From: Clostridia bacterium
GTDB lineage: Bacteria; Bacillota; Clostridia; JAAYHZ01
Length of the DNA stretch: 64,000 nt
Direction of reading: 5' to 3'
Assembly: GCA_050950825.1 (NCBI GenBank)
Contig: JBMNIH010000010.1
Span: 192,001 to 256,000, forward strand
Positions 12,129-22,055 of the stretch are shown here, piece after piece (the stretch's first letter is position 1; every line of letters begins with the position of its first letter). The notes beneath the pieces are model-generated. The model did not search any database, had not been told where the DNA came from, and worked only from the letters and a program-made list of their open reading frames with translations. Position numbers and translations under genes: made by a program.

Positions 12129-13216
12129 TGAAGAATCAAATTCATGTCATATACGGCAAAGACCCGACGTTAATGACGGAAAAACTCTTAAAGGCAACCG
12201 CACCTTTGAAGGGCTTAAGCAAAAATATTGCCATCGGTATCAAACCGAACCTGGTCAGCGCTACGCCGCCTTCCGAAGGTGCGGTAACCCACCCGGAAAT
12301 CGTGGAGGGGATTATTAAGTACTTAAAGGAGCAGGGCTTTTACAATATAAAGATATTGGAGGGCTCGTGGGTAGGCGATGAGACAAAGAGAGCTTTTGAT
12401 GTTTGCGGATACAAAGCATTGTCTTCGAAATACGATGTGCCTTTGATCGATTTGAAAAAGGACGGCTATACCGAATGCAATTACGAAGGCTATAAAATCA
12501 AAGTATGCAACGAAATTTTAAAAATCGATTATTTGATTAACGTTCCCTTGATAAAAGGGCACTGCCAAACCAAGATGACCTGTGCTTTGAAAAACTTAAA
12601 AGGGGTTATCCCGGACAGTGAAAAAAGAAGATTTCATACCTTGGGTCTGCATAAGCCTATTGCCGTACTCAACAAGCTTGTAAAGCAGAACCTGATTATA
12701 GCCGACGCCATATGCCCGGATCCCTATTTCGAAGAGGGAGGACGTCCCTACGAAATGAATATGATCGCCTTGGGATTCGATCCGGTTTTAATGGATGTTT
12801 TTGCGGCGGAGGTTTTGGGCTATCGAAAAGAAGACATTTCTTACCTTATGATGGCCGAAAAAATGGGTGTCGGCAGCTTCGGTCCTTACGAAAAGGTCGA
12901 GCACGATCTTGAAAACAAGGGCTTTGATGAAATCCGTCAGCCGGAAGAAAAATATTTGAATTTAATCGATGAAGCCGGCGCTTGTTCCGCATGCTACAGC
13001 AACTTGGTCAATGCATTAAAGAGGCTGGACGAAGAAGGCTTATGCGGCTGTCTTGTGGACAACATTTGCATCGGCCAGTACTATCGGGATTATCCGGGAG
13101 AAATCGGTGTGGGAGATTGCACCGAAGCCTGTAAAATCAATATTCCGGGGTGTCCCCCGGAACAAGACGAGATTTATATCTACTTAAAAAAGCTGATCAA
13201 AGGTTCCTTACCTTAA
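12128..13216 (+). CDS. DUF362-domain protein with Cys-rich (Fe-S) C-terminus
   Basis: IKPNL, THPEIV, KGH...TCALKNLKG, DPVLMD, CSAC...CIG...GDC...PGCPP; TAATG coupling to ilvB. Confidence 0.8.
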   Translation: MKNQIHVIYGKDPTLMTEKLLKATAPLKGLSKNIAIGIKPNLVSATPPSEGAVTHPEIVEGIIKYLKEQGFYNIKILEGSWVGDETKRAFDVCGYKALSSKYDVPLIDLKKDGYTECNYEGYKIKVCNEILKIDYLINVPLIKGHCQTKMTCALKNLKGVIPDSEKRRFHTLGLHKPIAVLNKLVKQNLIIADAICPDPYFEEGGRPYEMNMIALGFDPVLMDVFAAEVLGYRKEDISYLMMAEKMGVGSFGPYEKVEHDLENKGFDEIRQPEEKYLNLIDEAGACSACYSNLVNALKRLDEEGLCGCLVDNICIGQYYRDYPGEIGVGDCTEACKINIPGCPPEQDEIYIYLKKLIKGSLP

Positions 13217-13580
13217 AATCGTAAGGCATGGATTTTGTTGCAATCACATTTACGCCGGTATTTAAAATGTTTTCATAAACCACATCACCGGCATTTATCG
13301 GAGCCGTATAAACGGTTTTTCGAATCTCCTTTACGGCTTCTCGAAGCATTTCCAAAGGTATTTCCCCGTCGGTTTTCACCGGCAAGGGGAAGATACCTTT
13401 TGTTGTTTTGCAGAAAACCGTGGATGTTAAAACGCGGTAGGAGCAGACAAACTCTTTTTTTGCATACGCTTCTCCCTTTTTGCATCGGTTCCCGGTTATA
13501 CTTATAATGCTGTCGCCTTCATATTCCACATTGACGGTGCATCCTATGGGACATTGTATGCAGATAATTTTTTTATCCAT
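13197..13580 (-). CDS. DUF1667 / small CxxC subunit of glycerol-3-phosphate oxidation complex
   Basis: CIQCPIGC...GNRCKKG...RVLTSTV...LPVKT; last gene of glp-type operon. Confidence 0.85.
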   Translation of the reverse strand: MDKKIICIQCPIGCTVNVEYEGDSIISITGNRCKKGEAYAKKEFVCSYRVLTSTVFCKTTKGIFPLPVKTDGEIPLEMLREAVKEIRKTVYTAPINAGDVVYENILNTGVNVIATKSMPYDFKVRNL

Positions 13581-13583
13581 ACA

Positions 13584-14405
13584 TCACGCACCTTCCTTCA
13601 ATATTTTGTAAAGATCCATGATGGAATCGAATACATAACTCGGTTTTATGGAGGATGCGGCCAAATCCTCTTTGCTTGTAGCACCGGTGAGCATTAATAT
13701 GGAGGTCACTCCGTGGTAAACGCCCAAGGCGATGTCGGTGGCTAATCGGTCGCCTACAACGGCGATATCTTCTTTGTGAAGCCCGGTGACGCGTAAAATC
13801 GCTTCGATGGTTTCCGGTTGAGGCTTCCCTAAATATTTCGGGGACTTACCCGTTGAAGCTTCGATCATGGCGCACATGGCACCGCAGTCCGGCAAAAAGC
13901 CTTTTTCTACCGGGCAGTTCACGTCGGGATGGGTGGCGATAAACTCGGCGCCGTTTCTTATATAATGGCACATTTTATCGATTTTTTCGTAGGTTAAAGT
14001 CAAATCAAAGCCGATGACCACAATGTCCGGATTTTCATCGGTAAGAGGGATCCCGTTTTCTCGAAAGGATTTTTCTAAAGCCGGCGTTCCGGATAAGTAG
14101 ACGGTTTTTCCGGGGCGCAGGGTCTTTAAAAAGTTAATGGTCACGTCTCCGGACGTCATGATTTTTTCAGGAGGTGCGTAAAAACCCAATCGATTCAACT
14201 TTTCCACGTACATGGTTCCGTCTTTGGAAGAGTTGTTGGTAAAAAACAAATAGTCTTTTCCTTGCTCCCTCAGGGTGTTAATAAATTCAATGGCACCGGG
14301 GATGACCGTCTCCTCCAAATAAATGGTGCCGTCCATATCCAAAACAAATAGCTTTTTATTTTTTAATTCCGAATGATTTTTCAACGTTAAAAACTCCTTT
14401 TCCAT
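13584..14405 (-). CDS. HAD-IIA (NagD-like) phosphatase
   Basis: LDMDGTIY, TNNSSK, GKP, VGDRLATDI, LTG; true start MEKEF at 14405 (ORF-track N-extension overlaps the upstream gene). Confidence 0.9.
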   Translation of the reverse strand: MEKEFLTLKNHSELKNKKLFVLDMDGTIYLEETVIPGAIEFINTLREQGKDYLFFTNNSSKDGTMYVEKLNRLGFYAPPEKIMTSGDVTINFLKTLRPGKTVYLSGTPALEKSFRENGIPLTDENPDIVVIGFDLTLTYEKIDKMCHYIRNGAEFIATHPDVNCPVEKGFLPDCGAMCAMIEASTGKSPKYLGKPQPETIEAILRVTGLHKEDIAVVGDRLATDIALGVYHGVTSILMLTGATSKEDLAASSIKPSYVFDSIMDLYKILKEGA

Positions 14406-14407
14406 AT

Positions 14408-15670
14408 TTATTCCGTTACGCTTACGGTTATCGGGGTCTTTTTTTCCAAAACGGTTTTCACACGGTCTTCGGGAAGGGTAATCCGTACGGATTCTCCCGG
14501 CGTACAGCGAGATCTTTTTAATGATAACAAAAGAATGCCGTCGGAGGCTACCGTTATTGTACAATCTTTCATGGGTTTTGTCACACGGAACATAAGGGTC
14601 AGGGCGCCTTTCCCGTCTTTGGATAGGTGGGAAGGAACGGTGTAGCGAACATTGTCGCCGCACAATACCGGTATGCCGGAGCTTTCCTTTTCTTTTTGAC
14701 CGTAAAGCACGTATTCCGCCGCATTTTCTCCCGCCCTTTCGCTTTCGTCCGTTACGTAATCCACAAGGTCGTGAACATGAAGACAATTCCCGCAGGAAAA
14801 GATGCCCGGAACCTCCGTCATAAAGCGATTGTCAATGAAGGGCCCCCCTGTGACCTTATTCATGGAGATATTCGTACCGGATAAAATGTCGTTTTCCGGG
14901 ATAAGGCCTACCGAAAGGATGAGAGTATCGCATTCTACGATTTCTCGGCTTTCGGGGATCGGCTTTAGGCTTTGGTCTACTCTGCATACCTCAACCGCTT
15001 CAATCCTTTTTCTTCCGAAAATTTTCGTAACCGTGTGGCTGAGCTTTAAAGGTATGTTGTAATCGTTTAAACATTGAACGATGTTGCGGGTTAAGCCGGA
15101 GCTATAAGGCAGCAATTCGTATACTCCTTTAACCGTTGCTCCTTCTAAGGTCATTCTTCTTGCCATAATCAAACCGATATCTCCGGAGCCCAATATGACG
15201 ATGTTTTTGCCCGGCAATTTGCCTTCTATGTTTACCCACCGCTGTACCGTGCCGGCGGTGTAGATTCCGGCAGGCCTTGTGCCCGGGATGTTAATAGCTC
15301 CTCTCGGACGCTCTCTGCAGCCCATGGCGAGAATTACGGCTTTGGCTTGTATTTGGTATGCTCCTATATCCTCGTTTACCGCCGTTACCGTAAGATCGTC
15401 GGAGACTTTGGTTACCATGGTGTTTAAACGAATGTCTATATTTGTTTTTTTGATGCGGTCGATAAAAATTCCGGCATACTCCGGACCGGTCAACCGCGTT
15501 TTAAACAACTGCAATCCGAAACCGTCGTGAATGCACTGGTTTAAGATGCCTCCGAGCTCTTTATCCCGTTCAATCAATAGGATGTTTTTTACGCCTTTTT
15601 CGTAAGCGGATAGGGCGGCTGCAAGTCCTGCCGGTCCTCCCCCGATAACAACTATATCCGTTTTAATCAT
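14408..15670 (-). CDS. FAD/NAD(P)-dependent oxidoreductase, partner of GlpA-like dehydrogenase
   Basis: GGGPAG, GGILNQCIHDGFG, MGCRER, GSGDIGLIMARR, GNCLHVHDLVD. Confidence 0.9.
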   Translation of the reverse strand: MIKTDIVVIGGGPAGLAAALSAYEKGVKNILLIERDKELGGILNQCIHDGFGLQLFKTRLTGPEYAGIFIDRIKKTNIDIRLNTMVTKVSDDLTVTAVNEDIGAYQIQAKAVILAMGCRERPRGAINIPGTRPAGIYTAGTVQRWVNIEGKLPGKNIVILGSGDIGLIMARRMTLEGATVKGVYELLPYSSGLTRNIVQCLNDYNIPLKLSHTVTKIFGRKRIEAVEVCRVDQSLKPIPESREIVECDTLILSVGLIPENDILSGTNISMNKVTGGPFIDNRFMTEVPGIFSCGNCLHVHDLVDYVTDESERAGENAAEYVLYGQKEKESSGIPVLCGDNVRYTVPSHLSKDGKGALTLMFRVTKPMKDCTITVASDGILLLSLKRSRCTPGESVRITLPEDRVKTVLEKKTPITVSVTE

Positions 15671-17105
15671 GTTCGATTTCTCCTTCTTTCAGGATGTAGG
15701 AGCCTTTTTCGTTTTTGCAGATTTCATAGGGAGAGCATTGCAGCTCCCTTGCCAAAATCTCCAAAACCTTCGGCATACAAAAGCCTCCTTGGCACCGTCC
15801 CATACCGGCCCGAACTCTTCTTTTCACGCCGTCCACGGTTGTCGCTCCTGCCGGCCGCCGAATGCTGTCGATGATTTCGCCTTCCGTTACGGATTCGCAG
15901 CGGCAAATAATTTTTCCGTAAGCCTTGTTTTTTTGAATCCAACGGTTCTGCTCTTCCAAAGGAAGCTCCGCGATACGGGGAATGCCTTGTCGGATTCTTA
16001 CGGAATTCGGGTTTTCTTCCAAAAGGATTCCTTTGCTTTTTATCATTTCAATAACATACAATGCGATAGCCGGTGCCGCCGTCAGGCCGGGAGATTCAAT
16101 GCCCGCCGCATGAAAGAACCTCGGGTTTTTTTCCGATTCTCTAATGATAAAGTCGCCTGTATCGGGAGTCGCACGAATTCCGCTGAAGGAGGTAATGGTT
16201 TTGTTTAAACGGATATTCGGTACGGCCGCCATAGCGCCTTTGATGACCTCATCCAGCCCGGATGCGGTGGTGGAGGTATCTTCTTTATCTTCGATCACCG
16301 AAGCGGTGGGGCCTAAAAGGAGATTTCCGTCCGCCGTAGGAGAAACAAGGATTCCTTTTCCCTTTTCGGAAGGGGGTTGAAAGATGACCGTGTTCACCGT
16401 TTTCCCTTCGGTTTTGTCCAATATGATGTATTCTCCTCGCCTCGGGATAATGGTAAAGCTGTTGTCATCCGCCATGGCCGCGATTTTGTCGGCAAAAACC
16501 CCGGCGGCATTGATCACGCATCGGGCCTTTACCGTATCCTTCGCCGATTTTATCAAGTAAAGGTCCTCGGTTTTTTCTATTTTTTCAACTTTAAAATTTA
16601 AACGCAATTCCGCCCCGTTGGAAACGGCGTTTTCCGCGGCGGCAATGGTTAATTGGTAAGGGCATACGATACCTGCCCCCTTCGCATACAAGGCTCCTTG
16701 TACCCCGGGGTGAATGTTAGGCTCTAAACGCATGGTCTCTTCGCGGTTTAACAAGAACAGCTCCGAAACTCCGTTTTCCAATCCTCTTTGGTATAGCTTT
16801 CGGATGGAATCCGTGCCCTCTTGATCAAAGGCAGCGACAATGGAACCGCATTTTTTGTAGGGTACGTCCAGCTCTTGAACGGTTTTTTCCATCAGAGCGC
16901 ATCCTAAAACGTTCAATTTGGCCTTTAAAGTGCCTGGCTTCGCGTCGTAGCCTGCATGTACAATACCGCTGTTGGCCTTGCTGGATCCCGATGCCACGTC
17001 GTTTCCTTTCTCGAGCAGGCAGATTTTTGCTCGGTACATGGACAGCTCCCTTGCGATCATACAGCCGACAACTCCCGCACCGATAATGACAAAATCGTAG
17101 ATCAT
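15663..17105 (-). CDS. FAD-dependent glycerol-3-phosphate dehydrogenase-like protein with BFD-type [2Fe-2S] C-terminus
   Basis: GAGVVG, SKANSGIVHAGYD, GIESPGLTAAPAIA, ICRCE...RAGMGRCQGGFC. Confidence 0.85.
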   Translation of the reverse strand: MIYDFVIIGAGVVGCMIARELSMYRAKICLLEKGNDVASGSSKANSGIVHAGYDAKPGTLKAKLNVLGCALMEKTVQELDVPYKKCGSIVAAFDQEGTDSIRKLYQRGLENGVSELFLLNREETMRLEPNIHPGVQGALYAKGAGIVCPYQLTIAAAENAVSNGAELRLNFKVEKIEKTEDLYLIKSAKDTVKARCVINAAGVFADKIAAMADDNSFTIIPRRGEYIILDKTEGKTVNTVIFQPPSEKGKGILVSPTADGNLLLGPTASVIEDKEDTSTTASGLDEVIKGAMAAVPNIRLNKTITSFSGIRATPDTGDFIIRESEKNPRFFHAAGIESPGLTAAPAIALYVIEMIKSKGILLEENPNSVRIRQGIPRIAELPLEEQNRWIQKNKAYGKIICRCESVTEGEIIDSIRRPAGATTVDGVKRRVRAGMGRCQGGFCMPKVLEILARELQCSPYEICKNEKGSYILKEGEIEHD

Positions 17106-17125
17106 GAAAAACCTCCGTTATTTAT

Positions 17126-17241
17126 AAAACAAAAGCACCAAAGAACCCCACGGTTGAGGTTATTTGGTGCGTCTCCTGATCTCCACGCAAAAATATTTCT
17201 TTGTTACCTTTTATTATATACCTTCAAAAGCAATATGACAA
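17126..17241 (-). promoter_or_regulatory. sigmaA promoter plus GlpP-type antitermination leader and terminator
   Basis: Minus strand TTGTCA (17241-17236), 17 nt, TATAAT (17218-17213). TGGAGATCAGGAGA (17185-17172) resembles the GlpP-binding leader motif and is followed directly by hairpin GCACCAAA...TTTGGTGC + TTTTGTTTT. Confidence 0.7.
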
Positions 17242-17387
17242 CGGTTCTTTTTTACTTTTTCAAAGAGGGAAATGAAAAGGCTTTATGAAAAATCATCCGT
17301 ATTTTATCTTTCGTAGTGATATAATAAACCAAAGCGGAAAAAAGGGATACCTTTCCGCCTCATTTCACCAAAAAACGAGGTGACGTT

Positions 17388-18239
17388 ATGAAGAAGATTG
17401 ACTTTCACGTACATACCATGACTACGCGGATGGCTCATTGGAGAAGGGCGACTCCCGAAGAGCTGTTCGACATCTACGAAAAACTCGGTGTGGAAAAAGG
17501 GGTCATACTTCCTTCCGTTCAGCAGAACGAGGAAGCCATTGACATCGTAGAAAAATATCCGGACCGGTTTTATTGGTTTTGCAACATCGATCCTCGAATG
17601 GGAAGAAATCGACCGGACACCGACTTGTCCTACTTTATTTCCTACTACAAGTCCAAAGGGGCCAAAGGAGTAGGGGAAGTGACCTGCAACCTGTATTTCG
17701 ACGATCCTTTTGTGGACAACCTGTTTTACCACTGCGAAAAAAATAAAATGCCTTTGTTGTTCCACATCGGACCTCAAATAGGGAATTGCTACGGTTTGGT
17801 GGATGATTTGGGCCTTCCGAGGTTGGAAAAGATGCTGGCCAAATATCCGGATTTGATTGTCATCGGTCATTCCCAGCCTTTCTGGGCGGAAATCAGCGCC
17901 GATGTCACAAACGAGAACCGCAACTCCTATCCGAAGGGAAAGGTCAAACCCGGGCGACTTTTAGAGCTTTTCCGAAAATATCCGAACCTTTATGCGGATT
18001 TGTCTCCCGAAGCCGGAAGCGGCTTCAACGCCATTGCAAGAGATCCGGAGTTCGGTTATCAATTCTTAGAGGAATTTTCCGACCGACTGTTATACGGATC
18101 GGATATCTGCTCGCCTCATGACCGATTGGCTCTTGCCCAATGGTTGGACGATGCCGTTGCCAATAAAAAGATATCCCAAGAGGCTTATGAAAAAATCTGC
18201 AGGACAAATGCGCTCCGCATTCTGGAAGGGGGTCGTTGA
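17388..18239 (+). CDS. Amidohydrolase_2 family metallo-hydrolase/decarboxylase (paralog 1)
   Basis: IDFHVH, KGVGE, LFHIG, GHSQPFW, YGSD. Confidence 0.85.
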   Translation: MKKIDFHVHTMTTRMAHWRRATPEELFDIYEKLGVEKGVILPSVQQNEEAIDIVEKYPDRFYWFCNIDPRMGRNRPDTDLSYFISYYKSKGAKGVGEVTCNLYFDDPFVDNLFYHCEKNKMPLLFHIGPQIGNCYGLVDDLGLPRLEKMLAKYPDLIVIGHSQPFWAEISADVTNENRNSYPKGKVKPGRLLELFRKYPNLYADLSPEAGSGFNAIARDPEFGYQFLEEFSDRLLYGSDICSPHDRLALAQWLDDAVANKKISQEAYEKICRTNALRILEGGR

Positions 18240-18240
18240 C

Positions 18241-19122
18241 ATGTTGAAGAAAATTGATATGCACGTTCATACCATTATGAGAAGAGGGATCTTGCGAATG
18301 GGAACGAACACGACCTTCGCAACGCCGGAAGAGCTGTCCCTTATGTATGAAAGATTAGGAATCGAAAAAGGCGTCATTCTCCCCGAGGTCAATTTTGAAT
18401 GCGCAAGCCACATGCAGTCCAACGAGGATGCCATTCGCATCGTGGAAAAATACCCGGACATGTTTTATTGGTTCTGTAATATCGATCCGCGGATGGAGAG
18501 AAACGACATCCGTATGGACCTTTCGAGGGTCATCGAGAATTACAAAGCTCTAGGAGCAAAAGGGGTAGGAGAAGTATGCGCCAACCTGTATTTCGACGAT
18601 CCTTTCATGGAAAACCTCTTTTACCATTGTGAAAAAACGGAGATGCCCGTTTTGTTCCATATAGGCCCCCAAGTCGGAGGCTGCTACGGTATTGTAGACG
18701 ATTTGGGCTTACCTCGATTGGAAAAAATGCTGAAGAAATTCCCCGGACTGCAATTTATCGGCCATTCCCAGCCCTTCTGGGCGGAAATCGGTGCCGATGC
18801 GACGGAAGCCAACCGAAACTCCTATCCTACGGGGAAAGTGGTCCCGGGACGATTGATTGAGCTTTTCGAGCTTTATCCTAATCTGTACGGGGATATGTCC
18901 GCAGGAAGTGGCTTCAATGCCGTAGCCCGCGATCCGGAGTTCGGATATGCCTTCATTGAAAAATACCAAGATCGCTTGTACTTCGGTACGGATATTTGTG
19001 CACCGGAAAACGACATGCAATTGTCCTTCTGGCTGGATGAAGCGGTTCAAAACAAGAAAATTTCCCAAACGGCCTATGAAAAGGTTTGCAGGGGCAATGC
19101 CTTGAAGCTTTTAGAACGATAA
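18241..19122 (+). CDS. Amidohydrolase_2 family protein (paralog 2, tandem duplicate)
   Basis: Start MLKKIDMHVH at 18241; same motifs as the upstream gene (LFHIG, GHSQPFW, FGTD). Confidence 0.85.
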   Translation: MLKKIDMHVHTIMRRGILRMGTNTTFATPEELSLMYERLGIEKGVILPEVNFECASHMQSNEDAIRIVEKYPDMFYWFCNIDPRMERNDIRMDLSRVIENYKALGAKGVGEVCANLYFDDPFMENLFYHCEKTEMPVLFHIGPQVGGCYGIVDDLGLPRLEKMLKKFPGLQFIGHSQPFWAEIGADATEANRNSYPTGKVVPGRLIELFELYPNLYGDMSAGSGFNAVARDPEFGYAFIEKYQDRLYFGTDICAPENDMQLSFWLDEAVQNKKISQTAYEKVCRGNALKLLER

Positions 19123-19136
19123 AGGAGGATAGAGCC

Positions 19137-20102
19137 TTGAAATTCGGTATATTAGGTGCGGCACACGGACATATTGCCTCGTTTGCGGCGTCCATGATAA
19201 AAAAGGGGCATACCTTCGTCGGTATATACGACCCCGTGAAAAAAAGAACCGAATCCTATGTAACTCGTTTTTCGGTTCCCGTTTTCGACAGCCCGGAGGA
19301 TTTATTAAAGACCGGGGCGGAGGTTATCGGAACCTCGGCGGTAAACAACACAAAAATCGATGTTTATGAATTATGCGAATCCTATGGGGCTCATGTCATT
19401 GCGGACAAACCGGTTGTTACCGATTACGAGCAATACGAGCGCTTGAAAAAAATCATCGAAAGAGGAAGGATCCAAATCGGACTGCTCTTGACGCTACGAT
19501 TTTCCCCCCCTTATGTCCGTTTGAAAAGCCTTATTGATGAAGGCGCTTTAGGCGATCTTTTATCCTTTGAGTTTCATAACCCTCACAACTTGAATCCTTC
19601 CGCTCGTGAGGACTGGCATTTTTCCAATACGGAAAACGGCGGGCTTATCATCGATTTGATCATACACTGCGCCGATTTGTTGAACTGGTACGTGGGCGAT
19701 GTAAAGGATCCGGTGTATTCCGCAACGAAAAGAAAGACGGTATTGCCGGAAAAGGAAACCTTCTTCGATTACGCGGACGTGTATATGCAAACACAAGAGG
19801 GGATTACCGCTTTCTTTAAAACCGGTTGGCTCATGCCGGAGTGCGCTTCCGCCTCCGGGTACCGTGTGGTGGTGTCCGGGTCCAAGGGCACGGCGGTTAT
19901 CGATAACGGTACGTTGAAGGTGTGCTGCAACGGCCGTCCCTTTGAGGAGGTTTCTTGTCCTTCCGTTGCCGAAGATCCTACTGCGGATTTCCTTTTGGGT
20001 ATCGAAGGAAAGGAACGGCTGATTACCCACGAAGCCATTTTAAAAGCAACGAAAATGACGCTGGATATGGACAAAGCGGCTCGGATTATAAAGAATTGCT
20101 AA
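19137..20102 (+). CDS. Gfo/Idh/MocA family oxidoreductase
   Basis: TTG start after AAGGAGG; KFGILGAAHGH, ADKP, GGLIIDLIIH. Confidence 0.85.
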   Translation: MKFGILGAAHGHIASFAASMIKKGHTFVGIYDPVKKRTESYVTRFSVPVFDSPEDLLKTGAEVIGTSAVNNTKIDVYELCESYGAHVIADKPVVTDYEQYERLKKIIERGRIQIGLLLTLRFSPPYVRLKSLIDEGALGDLLSFEFHNPHNLNPSAREDWHFSNTENGGLIIDLIIHCADLLNWYVGDVKDPVYSATKRKTVLPEKETFFDYADVYMQTQEGITAFFKTGWLMPECASASGYRVVVSGSKGTAVIDNGTLKVCCNGRPFEEVSCPSVAEDPTADFLLGIEGKERLITHEAILKATKMTLDMDKAARIIKNC

Positions 20103-20129
20103 AAGATAAAATATGAAAAACGATTAAAA

Positions 20130-20155
20130 AAGGGGCATCCGTTCGGATGCCCCTT
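20130..20155. terminator. Terminator hairpin between convergent oxidoreductase genes
   Basis: AAGGGGCATCC-GTTC-GGATGCCCCTT with A-run on the left. Confidence 0.75.
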
Positions 20156-20172
20156 ATCCTATGGAATAGGCT

Positions 20173-21246
20173 TTACTTGCAATCGTTTTTGTCCATGCCT
20201 CTTCGGTCCCAAGGTCTGTTTAATCCCAATCCTCTTAAATCGGCTACGATGCCCTTTTCCTCCGCATCGTACAAACGCCAGATAACCCGAAGTCCTTGGA
20301 TGCTTTCCGGCCCGTCGGTGTTAGGACGTTTTCCGGTTCTTACGCATTCGAAGAAGTGTCGATTTTCTTCGTTGGTGTTTTTACCGGTGCTATTGTCTTC
20401 AAACACCAATTCCGTTTGGTTCTTGCCGTATTGTTCTCCTCGAAGGTTATTATGAACATATATTTTTCGTGCAACCAAGTCGGCCTCGATCATGCCTTCT
20501 CTGCAGTGGGCATGAATGCTGTACCTTAATTTGGAGCCTTTGGCTCCCCATGTTCCGAAATGATACCCCATGGCACCGTTTGCAAAAGTCATCGTGACGT
20601 TGCTGGTGCCTTCCTTTTCCATCCATTCCGTTCCGTAATTGCTGCCCATGTGGACGCCGCTGACGGGATCGCCTAAGAACCAAAGCAGAAGGTCGATGTA
20701 GTGGCAGCCGTGGCTAAAAAGCTGTCCTCCTCCTAATGTGTCTTTACGGTGCATCCAGCTGCCGTCTTCTCTTCTCGTATATTGCTCGGTCCATATGGAA
20801 ATTTGGAAGCAGTCGCCCAGCTCTTTTTTGTCCAGCATTTCCTTCAGCTTCAGCACCACCGGATTGTACCGCTGGACGTAGGCGGTCATTAAGACCAAAT
20901 TTCTTCTCTGGGCGGTATGTATCAGGTCCAAGCATTCGTCTTCGGTATTGGCCAGCGGTTTTTCCATGAGAACATGCTTGCCGCTGTTTAAAAAATACAT
21001 ACCGCATTCGTAATGAAGATAATGAGGCAGCGCAATCAAGACCGCGTCCACTTTGTCTACAATATCTCTGTAATCGGTTACATAGGTATCGCAATTCAAA
21101 GCGTCGGCCATTCTTTTTGCCCGTGCGATATCGATATCCACCGTGGCGGTTACCTGAACGTCTTCCGCAAATTGATCTTTCATATTCACTTGGTGAGCGG
21201 TTGCCATTCCGCCGCATCCCACAATTCCCAAACGTATGATACTCAT
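20173..21246 (-). CDS. Gfo/Idh/MocA family oxidoreductase
   Basis: GIVGCGGM, HVLMEKPLA, GGGQLFSHGCHYID. Confidence 0.9.
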   Translation of the reverse strand: MSIIRLGIVGCGGMATAHQVNMKDQFAEDVQVTATVDIDIARAKRMADALNCDTYVTDYRDIVDKVDAVLIALPHYLHYECGMYFLNSGKHVLMEKPLANTEDECLDLIHTAQRRNLVLMTAYVQRYNPVVLKLKEMLDKKELGDCFQISIWTEQYTRREDGSWMHRKDTLGGGQLFSHGCHYIDLLLWFLGDPVSGVHMGSNYGTEWMEKEGTSNVTMTFANGAMGYHFGTWGAKGSKLRYSIHAHCREGMIEADLVARKIYVHNNLRGEQYGKNQTELVFEDNSTGKNTNEENRHFFECVRTGKRPNTDGPESIQGLRVIWRLYDAEEKGIVADLRGLGLNRPWDRRGMDKNDCK

Positions 21247-21393
21247 TGCAAACCTCCGGAGGTTATTGTTGCTTCCATTATATACAAGTTATCGGCTCGT
21301 GTCGAACACAAAAATGCAAAACCGGCATAATTCCGGTTAGGATATGATATAATGTTTAAGCGGTAATACCTATGGATAGGGGGATATTTTCAT

Positions 21394-21975
21394 ATGCAGG
21401 ACCAAGACCAAAGCAGAATCGACTTGACATCGGATGTGAAAAAAGCCAACAAAGCTTTATTCCCCATAATGCTGCTTTTGATTGCCTTTATCTATTTTTT
21501 ATACAACAACATCAACAACTCAAACCTTTATAACGATTTAAGATCCGCCGTAGGTTCTTACGATAATACATTTTTGTTTTTGCTGATATATTTGTTATGC
21601 CTTGTGTTCCTCATTATTTTCCATGCTTATCTTCACGCTTTTTTCCTAATTATTTTCGGACACTTGAAAAAAGAAAATATTAAAGTGGTGATAGAGAATA
21701 AAAAGCTGATGCCTTTCGTAAGCCACGATGTTCCGGTTCAAGTAGCCGCTTATCGCAGGGCCTTGTTTTTGCCGTATCTTTTGTTGGGCTTGGCTCCTTT
21801 GGCTTACGGTATCATGGAGCGCTTGCCCTTGATCGTGTTTGCCGGCATGCTGATTTGCATATGCTATATGGGCGACATTCCTCTTTTGTTTAAATTGGCT
21901 AAGATCGATAAAGAATACATGGCCATATCCCATCCGGGAAAATACGGATGTTTTCTGTACAAGAAGAAAAAATAA
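21394..21975 (+). CDS. DUF3267-like membrane protein (putative zincin fold; HExxH degenerate as HAYLH)
   Basis: Several TM segments; IFHAYLHAFF, ALFLPYLLLG, GDI, SHPGKYG. Confidence 0.65.
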   Translation: MQDQDQSRIDLTSDVKKANKALFPIMLLLIAFIYFLYNNINNSNLYNDLRSAVGSYDNTFLFLLIYLLCLVFLIIFHAYLHAFFLIIFGHLKKENIKVVIENKKLMPFVSHDVPVQVAAYRRALFLPYLLLGLAPLAYGIMERLPLIVFAGMLICICYMGDIPLLFKLAKIDKEYMAISHPGKYGCFLYKKKK

Positions 21976-22055
21976 CTCGTTATTTACTACCGTTTACAAT
22001 ATTTTTGTGCAGTGTGATATAATAAGGCATACTGTTGATGATAGGAGGAATACAG

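Noticed and set aside
14406-14786. 127-aa N-terminal extension of the HAD ORF in the ORF track
   Set aside because: Overlaps the upstream oxidoreductase in another frame and has no protein-like composition; true start is 14405.
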